21,420 bases of DNA, taken from contig CAWGRK010000002.1 in the NCBI GenBank assembly GCA_963824995.1, forward strand, positions 310,001-331,420, in the 5' to 3' direction. Every line of letters starts with the position of its first letter. The stretch's first letter is position 1. The notes beneath the pieces were generated by a model, which was given only the letters and a program-made list of their open reading frames with translations, searched no databases and was not told the DNA's origin. This document shows, in pieces, positions 11,665-20,980 of the stretch. Made by a program: the position numbers and the translations under genes. Source of the stretch: an uncultured Actinomycetes bacterium (lineage in GTDB: Bacteria; Actinomycetota; Acidimicrobiia; Spongiisociales; DATADW01).

Positions 11665-11883
11665 ATGGCCGAGACACTGACCACCGAGCAGATGTGGAGC
11701 GAGCTGGCGATAGCGGGTTGGAGCAGAAGAGGATCCGGCTCGTGGCATTGGCAAGATCCACTGCACGGCGTCGGCGAAGGTCCCCGTTTGGAAACGCCCG
11801 AGGCTCATGCCGAGATGATCCGCCGCCAAGAGGAGCAGGCCAATCAGGCAGAGAAGAGGCAGAAGGCTCGGCGGCGATCCTGA
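11665..11883 (+). CDS. Hypothetical protein (72 aa)
   Basis: Strong RBS AAAGGAGG; stop overlaps the HNH start. Confidence 0.7.
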   Translation: MAETLTTEQMWSELAIAGWSRRGSGSWHWQDPLHGVGEGPRLETPEAHAEMIRRQEEQANQAEKRQKARRRS

Positions 11884-12128
11884 TGACCAGCAGCGTCAGC
11901 GCCCGGGGCAGCACCTGGAAGTGGAGGAAGCTGCGGGCCGCCATCCTCCAGCGGGATGGCTACGCCTGCGTCCTGTGTGGTGAGCGTGCCGTCGAGGTTG
12001 ATCACGTCGTGCCGAGGCACCTCGGCGGCGGCGACTCGCCGCACAACTTGCGATCGCTCTGCCATCGGTGCCACGCCACGAGACGCCATGAGATCCCGAC
12101 CACGCCGATCCCGAGCAGGGTGTGGTGA
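11883..12128 (+). CDS. HNH endonuclease (phage packaging-associated type)
   Basis: WRKLRAAILQRDGYACVLC..EVDHVVP..GG.D..NLRSLCHRCH. Confidence 0.92.
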   Translation: MTSSVSARGSTWKWRKLRAAILQRDGYACVLCGERAVEVDHVVPRHLGGGDSPHNLRSLCHRCHATRRHEIPTTPIPSRVW

Positions 12129-12278
12129 TCACCATCGTCACTCGATGACGATGGTCATCGTGATCACGATGCGGTATCGCAGCCGAGACAAAACCCCTGG
12201 TCAGCGGCCCATTTTTTCTGAGCCGACGGTCGATCCAGACAGCTTGCGCTCCTGTCTGTTTGCCCCCGATGTTCAGCC

Positions 12279-12569
12279 GTGACGGAGGGATCATCCCGTA
12301 GCCTGCCGGGAATGGACCGATGGCGACGGGGGACAAGGAATCCCGCCGGAAGTCGCTTCCTCCACGGTGGCGGGTCCCGCAGCTGCGGCTGTCGGGAGTG
12401 CCGGGGCTTGATGAACCGGGTGGCGCTGGCCATCCGCTTCGAGAGCTACCAGGAGCCAGCCCCCTGCCCGGTGTGCGGGGTCGAGGTGGTCCCCGGACCG
12501 AGAGGCAAGCGCTACTGCAGCGACCGCTGCCGCCAGCGGGCGCATCGGGCCCGAGTCGGGGTGTCGTAG
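12279..12569 (+). CDS. Small Cys-rich zinc-finger protein
   Basis: HGG..CGCREC, CPVCG, YCSDRCRQRAHRAR. Confidence 0.65.
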   Translation: MTEGSSRSLPGMDRWRRGTRNPAGSRFLHGGGSRSCGCRECRGLMNRVALAIRFESYQEPAPCPVCGVEVVPGPRGKRYCSDRCRQRAHRARVGVS

Positions 12570-12788
12570 CCAGGTATCGATTCGCAAGCTACGAGGGGCG
12601 CCTCTCTCTTCCTTTCCGAAGGGCCGGGAAAATTTGCTACCGATATCTCGGCATGACGGCTGCCATGCAGCCTATGTTTGATTCCCTTGCGGTAGGACGA
12701 GTAGCGCCGCCGCCCCCCTTCCAACGGGCTCCGCTTAGCCATTTTTCGCCCCCTACGCGCCCTTACTTGGTGTATTATTTCCCCCACG

Positions 12789-13190
12789 ATGCTGCTACCC
12801 GCAGTGGCTCTCGCCGCCCTGCTACTCGCCCCCTCCACCTGCACCTACCGCGAAGGGATCAACGCCACCACCTGCACCTTCGGCATCGTCGCGGATCGAA
12901 TTGCCGACCCCGGAGAGGTGGTGGTGGTCAGAGGCCAAGTGCGTTCCCTTGACGGCACCGTGCAGCGGCTCTCCATCGCGCTTGGCTCCCACGGCAGCAA
13001 CGGGGAAGTCGAAACCCTGCTCGACCGGTCCGCGGTGGCAATCAGCGAAAATGGCTGGCGCACCTGGGGTTCGGTCAGCCACCCCCCTGGAATTGATTCC
13101 CATTTCCGCTGGAGCTACGCCGCCTTCGCCGGGAACGAAGTAGGCAACGTCCGCATCCGCACCAGCGCGGTGATACGACCCGCCAACTAA
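12789..13190 (+). CDS. Hypothetical secreted protein
   Basis: Signal-peptide-like MLLPAVALAALLLAP; uninterrupted 133 aa beta-rich ORF after an AT-richer spacer. Confidence 0.6.
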   Translation: MLLPAVALAALLLAPSTCTYREGINATTCTFGIVADRIADPGEVVVVRGQVRSLDGTVQRLSIALGSHGSNGEVETLLDRSAVAISENGWRTWGSVSHPPGIDSHFRWSYAAFAGNEVGNVRIRTSAVIRPAN

Positions 13191-13196
13191 CCAGGC

Positions 13197-13572
13197 TCAG
13201 ATACCGGCCAGGTCGAACGACTTCTCCAGGTCAGCCGGGACCAGAGGCTCCGGCTCAGCCTCGGCCAGTTCCCCGGCAGGGGCGAACCACAGAAAACACC
13301 GGCAGTTGGCCGTGGCGTCGGGTCAATACCCGCAACCCGGATAGGCCAGCTTCTCCCCGGTGCCAGGCCAGCGCCAGAAGGCGTCTTCCAAGGCACGATT
13401 ATCCCCATGCAGCCGACGGTGCAGCGTGCGTACCTTCTCGTCGCCACGGGGCACCGACAGCTTGCGTAGCTGGACCCCCTCGAACGCCCCGCCCGGACCA
13501 CGCAGCACATCGGCCAGGGCCAACTGCTGCTGGGCTCGTCGCCCGGCAACGGTTCGGGCGATACCTTTGCCC
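13197..13572 (-). pseudogene. Phage minor head (MuF/gp7-like) domain fragment
   Basis: GIART..A, KL..RGDEKVRTLHRRLHG..LEDAF..LAYPG, then after a frameshift DATANCRCFL..DLAGI*; no clear start. Confidence 0.68.
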
Positions 13573-13574
13573 TT

Positions 13575-13790
13575 GTGACGAATCGCGCATGGTGGGATCA
13601 CGCCGCTTGCCTCGATGCGCCGCTCGACTGGTTCTTCCAAGCACGGTCACAGCGTCCGAAAGGCCAAGGAGCTCTGCGCCAGCTGCCCGGTGACGGGAGA
13701 GTGTCTTGAATCGGCACTCAAAATCTTCAGCAGTGGGATCTGGGCGGTACTTCGGAACGAGAACGGCGACGGATACGGTCGAAGCTGTAA
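13575..13790 (+). CDS. WhiB-family Fe-S transcriptional regulator (2 frameshifts as sequenced)
   Basis: WWDHAAC..DWFF / AKELCASCPVTGECLESAL..GIW / GGTSERERRR; all four Cys present. Confidence 0.85.
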
Positions 13791-13843
13791 ACATCGACCA
13801 CGCTTCCGGTCTTTCCTCCGTCCGGTGTCGTTTCGAACCAGCC

Positions 13844-14007
13844 GGGGGATCCCCCTGTCCGGAAGCCACCGCCCCCCGGTCCCTTTCGTCCGGGGGGCGG
13901 GGCGCGCCGAAGGCGGCGTATGGTGCCCCCCACCGTTGGCCCTAGCGCTCTAGACAGGTGAGGGTCCGTCTAAGAGGGGGATCGGCTAGGGCCAACAGGT
14001 TGGGGGG
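13844..14007. other. Cluster of GC-rich inverted repeats (structured noncoding segment)
   Basis: GGGGGATCCCCC palindrome; CCGCCCCCCGG/CCGGGGGGCGG; GTTGGCCCTAGC/GCTAGGGCCAAC. Confidence 0.65.
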
Positions 14008-14050
14008 TCATTCGTCCTCCCCTTCCTTCACGGCGGCATCCCCAAAGTTG

Positions 14051-14332
14051 ATGATTTCGGACGACGTGTCATCCCCACGACGTAGCGTGCCCCGGGATGC
14101 GTGCCGCCCCCTTACCAGTGACGAAGGGGCGGTCCTCGAAGCGTCGGCGCCGCGCCCGGCCACCATCGACTATCTCGCCGACCTGCTGCTGTGGTATAGC
14201 GCCCAAGTGACGCTTGTCGTCGATCGTCTCCACGCCGACGGGTTCGTGTTCGGTGGCAACCACCTGGAGCTGTCCGGGTCGGGGCGCTATCACCTGCCGG
14301 GTGAGGAGAACCGTCGGATCGATCCGTCTTAG
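14051..14332 (+). CDS. Possible small MarR-like winged-helix protein
   Basis: LTSDEGAVLEA..PATIDYLADLL..AQVTLVVDRLHADGFV..LELSGSGR pattern. Confidence 0.45.
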   Translation: MISDDVSSPRRSVPRDACRPLTSDEGAVLEASAPRPATIDYLADLLLWYSAQVTLVVDRLHADGFVFGGNHLELSGSGRYHLPGEENRRIDPS

Positions 14333-14748
14333 CCCACTCGGTCGGTTGGTGACGATGACTCCTCGGTCGCGCTCGGTTGTCCCGCACTGCGCTTCTTGCG
14401 CTTCTTATCTGCCTCCATATGTTCAATTGCGGTCCCTCCACGCCTCCAATCAAGGCCACGGCCCTCTGCCGCTCGCTTATGTTCCACGGTCCCTTGTAGC
14501 CAAGCTTCCTCAACTGGCCTCGCTGACATCCCCTTCGCTGTCGGCACCCTCAGCAGGCTCGGGTCGTCGGTGGAGCGTCGGAATCCGCAGCCGTGCTCAG
14601 CTGAACAAGCACCCTTGCATGCGCCACGCGTCATCGACCTCGTGCCTGGCGGGGCACAGCACAGCTGAGCCCGAAGCCAATCGTCGCGATTGGACCGGTC
14701 CCATTCCCACCGCTGTCACGACCCCGACTCCCATTCCACCCGAGACTC

Positions 14749-14771
14749 TTGTCGGTGGCAACTGATACGTT
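14749..14771 (+). promoter_or_regulatory. RecA-NDp / PafBC-dependent promoter motif
   Basis: TTGTCGGTG-GCAACTGA(8 nt)-TACGTT matches tTGTCRgtg-N8-TAnnnT, 30 nt before the ATG at 14802. Confidence 0.78.
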
Positions 14772-14801
14772 CGCAGCCGACTTACTGGAAGGAGCGGTCC
14801 C

Positions 14802-15291
14802 ATGGATGCCCGTACTCAAGCCTGGCTCGACCAAGAAGATTCACGGATGAAAGACATGGTCCGCCAACACGGGTGGGCAATCGAGTACATCGGTGGTGGC
14901 GCGTGCACGGTGCCCGGGTGCGAATCATGCGACGACGAGGTGGCATTCGCCTACACGGTTGGGCTCTTTGGGCTGGGCCACCCCGAGCTGCTCGTCTTCG
15001 GGCTTGGCATGGAGGAGGCAGGCGCCCTGCTCAACGGGCTCGCCACCCGGGTCCCTCGCGGGAGAGGACATCATTCCCGGCCAGTTGATCAGCTTCGACG
15101 GGTGGCCGCAGAGGCTGGTGGCCGAGACCGTTCCCAATCCAGGGGAGATCGTGTTCTCGGCCAACCGGTTCTATCAGCGTCCCGATGAGTTTCCGGTCCC
15201 CGTACTCCAGATCACGTACGACGATGCCGGCGGTCCTCGGGGAGAGGGCAATAAGTCAACACAACCCAGACCGGGGACATTCATAGCATGA
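14802..15291 (+). CDS. DUF4262 domain protein (frameshift near 15050)
   Basis: RBS AAGGAG; HGWAIEYI, FAYTVGLFGLGHPELLVFGL, ANRFY..PVLQITYDD. Confidence 0.82.
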
Positions 15292-15402
15292 CCGCCCTGC
15301 GGCCGAGCGCTATACGGCCGACCTGGAACGCCCTGATGGCAATGGAGACGAGAGCGCAAAGCGGTCGAGGAGGAAGCGTGCTGTACCCATAGGAGGTCGG
15401 GT

Positions 15403-16096
15403 GTGAGCGAACAGGGGTGGCAGGCGTTTCTCGTCGCGGGATGGTGTCGATGATTGGGTCGTCTCCAGGTGGTGCAACGGCGGCATTCCGTGTCGGATCG
15501 GTCCGCGAGGGCGGCGCGGCTGGCCGAGGCGAATCGCGCAGGTCCCCCGTCTCGAAGGGTCGGAGCGCTGCTGACGATCGCGCGAGACCGCCTCACTGTG
15601 CGGTTTGAGCCGCGACTTGTGGCGACTCGAGTCGCAGCACGTTGACCTCGCCCGTGCTTGTCTCGGCGGTCGCCCGGCGGACGGTTTGCAGTGGCGCAAC
15701 TCGCGCAGCTTCGTCCACGAGGTGCCGACGTTCGCCATCGCTGCCAAGCCCGGCACGATCGACCTCGGCTTCTGGTGGCCGTCTTGGCTACGGGCCGATC
15801 GCCGACGACAAGCCGGTCGATCCGCTCGGACATCGATGACGGTGTCGATACAGCCACTCGATGATGCCAAGCAGTTGCGGCACGCCATGCACATTGACGT
15901 GTCGGTGGCGCGCGAACACGTAGCGACCCGGCTCGAAGCGGCGCTGGCAGCAGGGGGCCGCATCGTGGACGACTCAGGGGCGCCGGGGAGTTGGATTCTC
16001 TCCGACCGGGCGGGCAACCGCGTCTGCATCGCCGCATGGCCAGACGGGTCCACCGGGCTTCCCGACGATCCCGGGCAGTCCACCCCCGAGCGGTAG
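15403..16096 (+). CDS. VOC/glyoxalase family protein (possibly with a PCD-like N-domain), multiple frameshifts
   Basis: AGGAGG RBS; DLGFW, VDPLGH, MHIDVSV, ALAAGGRIVDD, WILSDRAGNRVCI. Confidence 0.78.
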
Positions 16097-16118
16097 CTCC
16101 CGTCCCTGGGCTGACTGC

Positions 16119-17466
16119 TCAGCCCGAGCCGCGCACCTCGTAGAGCTGCCACTCACCCGGGACACCCTTCAGCGTGAAGCCACCACGCGAAGCGAATTCG
16201 ATCTGCGATCCGGCAACCAGGTCCTTCACCGTCGCCGAGACCAGGACCCCTCCCTCTTGGGCCTGGTCCATCACTCGGGAGGCGATATGAAGCCCGAGAC
16301 CACCGACCTCGCCGTTCCTGACCTCGATCTCCCCGGTATGGATGCTGCCCGCACGGCGATCCCGATTGCGGACGGCATCGGTAATGGCCACTGCGCAGAG
16401 GACGGCCGTGCCGGTCCGTCGAAGGTGGCGACGCAACCGTCGCCGGTCATGCCGATCTCCCGGCCCCGGAAACGCTCCAGTTGGGCTCGGACGATGCGGT
16501 CGTGCTCGCCGAGGAGGTCGAGCCAGCGTTCATCGCCGAGCGAGACCGCTTTGGAGTGGAGTCGACGATGTCGGTGAACAACACTGTCGAGAGGACTCGC
16601 TCGACCGCGTGTCGACTCGCGTCTACGGTGAGGAATTCCTCCACGTGGTCGAGGGTCGGCCCGAAGTCGCCCGCGTGGAACGGGAGAGTGTCGGCGCCTT
16701 CCACCACGCGCAGTTCGGCTCCCTCGATGTGCTCGGCGATGTACTCGCCGTACTCCGGTCGGTGGTAGCGGGCATCGCGTCGTGCTACGACGAGGGTGGG
16801 TACGTGGATGAGGGGCAGTGCCGCCCTGGCGTCAACTCGGTAGAACCAGCTCGAAGGTGCTCTTGACCAACCCGTGCGAGTTCGCCAGACGCTGATACCT
16901 CGTGAACCACGCCCGAAAACGCGCGTCGTCGGCGACGCTCGGAGCGGTCAGCCGCAACATGTCACCCGTGGTGCCGTGCTGGGCGATGTATTGCTCGGAC
17001 AGGGCGTCGGCCACATTCTGCGGTGCCCCGATCGGGTAGTCGTCGGCCGCGGGATCCGCGGCACGGCGTTGACGAGGACGAGTGCGCTGACCCGCTCCGG
17101 ATGGGTGGCGGCGAGCATCATGGCCGACAATCCGCCCTCGGTGTCGCCGTATATCACGGCCCGCTCGGACCCGGCAGCATCCAGCACAGCCCGAACGTCG
17201 TCCATGTTCCCCTCGAGCGGGAGCCAGGTGTTGTCCCCCGGTATGGGGTCCGACACCCCGGAGCCCCGCATGTCGTATTGGATTACCCGGCCCAAGCTGG
17301 CGAGCCGGTCGTAGAAACGGACGGCCGACGGCTCGTCCCAGATAGCGTCGACGTTGGAGATCCCGCCGTTGATGAACATGATGTCGCGCTCGCCTGCGCC
17401 AAAGACCTGGTACGCGAGGTAGCCGAGACGGGGTCTCCAGGTAGCGGGTCTGGGGACGACCACCAA
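16119..17466 (-). CDS. Alpha/beta hydrolase fused to class III adenylate/guanylate cyclase (LipJ-like), multiple frameshifts
   Basis: LAYQVFG, YDMRGSGVSD, GDTEGG, HPERVSALVL; RVLSTVLFTDIVDST, IHTGEIE, GLGLHIASRV, LKGVPGEWQLY. Confidence 0.88.
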
Positions 17467-17504
17467 GCGGCAGCGCTGACATGGTGCGAACCGTAGTGAA
17501 CGCT

Positions 17505-18390
17505 TTATCCGCGTCCGTTGACCGGGTAGTCGACGGTGTCAACGTCTTCGTAGCCGTTCCTCTCGATCCGCGGTGAGGACCTGGCGCAGCTGGTTGCGAA
17601 CGCTCGGTCACCGTCTCGGCCGTATTCGCCGCCGAGGGAGCCAGCGTGGTTCGGCTCGGAGAAGGCGATGGCCTCGGTACAGCGTTCGGCGACGGCGTGT
17701 CGCCACGGTTGGCCAGAGTCGCCCTTCAGACCCTTCACGGCCACCATCACGATCCGCGTCGAGCAGCGCAGGGCGTCGTCGTCCGCTTCGTCGTCGGTAC
17801 ATCTTGATCATGTTCTGCCGGCGTCGTATTCGTCCAGTTCATCATTCCTCAGTTGGCATCCCGGACATTCTCGGTATCGCAGCGGCTGCTCGGCCGCTTT
17901 CTGTCCTGAACGGTCCACGATGGCTGACGATGACGATGAGTGCGCCATCCAGCCATCCGCTGCGCTGAATGGTGGTGTTCGGCGCGCGCCTGCACAGCTC
18001 ATCGGCGCCTGCGGGGCGAAGATGGTTCCATGGGCTAGAACCTGGAGCGTCTCCGGGTGCCTGGCGACCGATGAGGAAGTTCGCCGCCGCGCTGCTGGCG
18101 AAGAGGTCGACCGGGCCCACGACTTCCTCGATGAGGCGATGCGGATCGTCGGCGTGTACTGTCAGCGATACCTCGGGCAGGATGGTCCACTTCGCCTCAC
18201 TCCGTCCACGGATCGTATGTGACGACAGTTCGGTCAACCAAGAAGTGGCAACGGGCTCGATCCCGCCGCGCCCATCGGCGAAGCAGTGACAGGCAGCGGC
18301 TCCATGCTCTCGGCTGGCGACGTCGTAGGTCGACGTGGCGCCGGGCACTTCCGGTGCTCTCGCAGTCTTCGTCGTGGTCGTAGTGGTCAC
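17505..18390 (-). CDS. Unidentified protein, heavily frameshifted
   Basis: GAGGAG RBS and GTG (MTTTTTTK..); coding-like fragments ending ..YEDVDTVDYPVNGRG*. Confidence 0.4.
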
Positions 18391-18416
18391 AGTGTCTCCT
18401 CGAGAGGCTGGCGGCT

Positions 18417-19331
18417 CTATCGTCGAGGCACCGCGAGATCGATCTCGTCGGTCATCCACGGCGGTATCGCGTCGATCTGACCCAGACCACCTGCTGGGCC
18501 TCCTCCATGCCCATGGCCGCCTTCTTCATCGCCTCGGCGTTGGAGGACGCTGCTGATCGACCTGCTCATCCGCTGCGTCACGATCTCCTCGATGGTCGCC
18601 CAGCGGTGCGACCGGAAGGTCGTGGTTGGTGCCATTCATCGTTGAAGCCGTCGCGGAAGCGGCCGTTCGGTGCGTACTGCCTCGACGATCTTCCCGCCGG
18701 CCACCGCGTTGATCAGCCTCGGCGTCATGTCGTACTCGATACAGCTCCCGTTCCAGGTCGTACTTGGTCGAGGTTCCGGGTAAGATCAGCAGAACCCGCC
18801 GCGCTCCAACATCGTCGATCCGCCCACCAGCTCCAGATGCGCTCGGTCGGCGTCGAACTCTGCCTCATCGTCATCGTCGAGTTGATACTGATCCTTGCGG
18901 ACGGCGGTTGACGGTCGTTGGTTGCTCCTTCGTCTCAGCGACAGCTGGTCGTCCGGTCGATCCCGACGCGCCACAGCTCCTCGTACTGGTCCAACGGTCG
19001 GTCGGCCGCCAGCCGCCGCGGGCTGGGTCCGTTGCAACGGTCTTCAATGCGCGCTTCGTAGCCAGGCTGAAGCCCTCTCGGGATCGCGACATCTTTCTCC
19101 ACGCCCGCAAAGCTCATCGGGTCGTCGCTCGGCCAACGAAGACGCCCTTCCTTCACGTCGATGGCACGGCGCCCACTATGCCGCCTGGTCGCGTCGCGGC
19201 GCAGCCGGAAGAATTGATGAGAAGATCATCATACCATCTCGTTCAACCGTTCATCAGATTGTATCGAAGTTCTTCTCGAAGAAGTTCACCTGCTCGTCGT
19301 AGTTTCGAAGGCCTTCATCCGCCTGGCTCAT
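18417..19331 (-). CDS. Unidentified protein, heavily frameshifted
   Basis: Starts MSQADEGLRNYDEQVNFFEKNFD directly after the SDR; ends ..QIDAIPPWMTDEIDLAVPRR*. Confidence 0.45.
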
Positions 19332-20039
19332 GATCCAGGCCGCCCGTCCACGTTGATGGTCTCGCCTGTCAAGGGTAGGCTTCGAGGCCGAGGAACGACA
19401 CCACGGCGCCAGTTCTTCGATCAGCTCCTGGCCTCTTCGTCCCTGGATCGAGATCAGCCGTTCGGTAGGCCTCAAGATTCCAGTACTCTATCGTTCAGGC
19501 GTTCGTCGGAATCCGCCGAACAGCGTGGCCGGAGTCCGTCATTCCCGACCCGCGGGCCCAGGCACGTATCATCGCCACGACCACCCCTTCGTCGACACGT
19601 AAGGCGGCATCTCAGCCCACCCGCATGCCAGCGGTGGAGCAATGTGACCATCGCTCGCCTTCTCAGCGGATCATCGAACGACGACCGCCTGCACCACGAA
19701 ATCCGCGCGCTCGTTGACCCGCCTCGTGAGTACCTCCTCGGTGACCTCGAGGAAGACCGACCGGGAACACTGCGGCGTGGCTCTAGAACCGCCAACGGTC
19801 CGAGGTCGTGCTCGACCCGATCGAGACGGCATCGATCAGGCCGAGACGTCGCGCGGTCGCAGCCGAATCGACCGCCTCGCCGTCGTTGTCTGCGATCAGT
19901 GCCGCCGTTACTTTCCGACGCCACCGAGGCATCGACATCCACCACCGCCACCCGAGTCCGTCGGACGCCAGTCGAAGGGCGACGGCACGACCCGATGCAC
20001 CGCCGCCACCGGTCACCACCACGCTCGATATGGCTCCAT
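19328..20039 (-). CDS. SDR family oxidoreductase, heavily frameshifted
   Basis: VVTGGGG..GRAVALRLA, AVVDVD, RVEHDLGPL, YVSTKGG (YxxxK), TGETINVDG. Confidence 0.78.
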
Positions 20040-20129
20040 CAGCCTGGTATCACCCACATCCTGACAGGGGAAAGGCGCTTCGATCGAGCGCGTTCTGATC
20101 TACCGACCCAGCTACGCCAGAATGGCCGG

Positions 20130-20980
20130 GTGGCTGAGTCGATTCACCGTCTTCCCGGTATCGAGGGGCGGATGGCTCTCGTCACCGGTGGCAACCACGG
20201 GATCGGGGCTGCCACGGCGAGGTCCCTGGCGAGCCATGGCGCCCGGGTCCTCATCACCTACCTGCGTCTCGACGACGATCCAGGACCGGGTACGCCCGCC
20301 GAGTACGCCGCGGGTCGAGCAGGGGCGCCGCCGCCGTCGTGGAGGAGATCCGACCGCGATGGCGGGCACGCCGAGGCGGTCGAGGCCGACCTGGCGGAAG
20401 AGGCGAGGCATGCGCCCTCCTCTTCGATGCTGCCGACCACCCCTGGGTCCGGTCGAGATCCTGGTGAACAGCCAGCGGTGGGTGCCGGACACCTTTCACC
20501 GAGCTCTAGCGGTCGACTTCGGACGCAACGTACGACGGTCAGCGCCTCCAGTTTGACAAGGTCTCGGGGTCGATGCCCGCGCCGCCGCTCTGCTCATCGC
20601 CGAGTTCGCCCGAGCACGTGGCTAGAGAAGCGACGTGGGGTCGCATCATCGGGCTGACCTCAGGCGGCCCTCTCGGGTTCCCCGAGGAGGAGTGTCGTAC
20701 GGGGCGGCCAAGGCCGCCAGGTGGACTACACGATCTCGGCCACCGTTCGAGTTCGGCAGTTACGGCATCACCGCCAACGTCGTACGCCGCCTGTCACCGA
20801 CACGGGAGGGTGACCCCGGCCGTCGAGGCGTTCGTGGCGAGAAGATGCCGAAGCCACTTCCATGTCGCCCAACCGGAAGAAGATGGCAAGGTCATCGCCT
20901 TGCTCTCCTCCGATCTCGCCCGTCTAGTCACCGCCAACGTGATCCAACTCCGTCGCTGGCACCTCGGTGCAGAGACCTAA
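20130..20980 (+). CDS. SDR family oxidoreductase, frameshifted
   Basis: ALVTGGNHGIG, EADL, GPVEILVN, WGRIIGLTSG, SYGAAKAA, GITANVV, LVTANVIQLR. Confidence 0.85.

Larger units (their letters stand above)
6112..14007 (+). mobile_element. tRNA-Ala-adjacent phage satellite (PICI-like) or defective prophage; right boundary uncertain
   Basis: Co-oriented, mostly overlapping genes xis, DUF3987, MTase, VRR-NUC, DUF4326, MTase, unknowns, HNH and Zn-finger, then MuF and WhiB pieces. Confidence 0.75.

Noticed and set aside
6365..13790. Programmed frameshifting or true pseudogenes in the element
   Set aside because: The breaks are scattered, lack obvious slippery-site-plus-structure signals, and the same pattern affects unrelated downstream genes.
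14329..14700. Minus-strand gene (..QLRKLGYKGPWNISE..)
   Set aside because: Coding-like fragment, but no consistent frame, start or family could be established.
17590..18140. Aldehyde dehydrogenase (EEVVGPV) or acyl-CoA dehydrogenase (AFSEP) motifs
   Set aside because: Isolated short matches without the other family motifs, in very noisy sequence.
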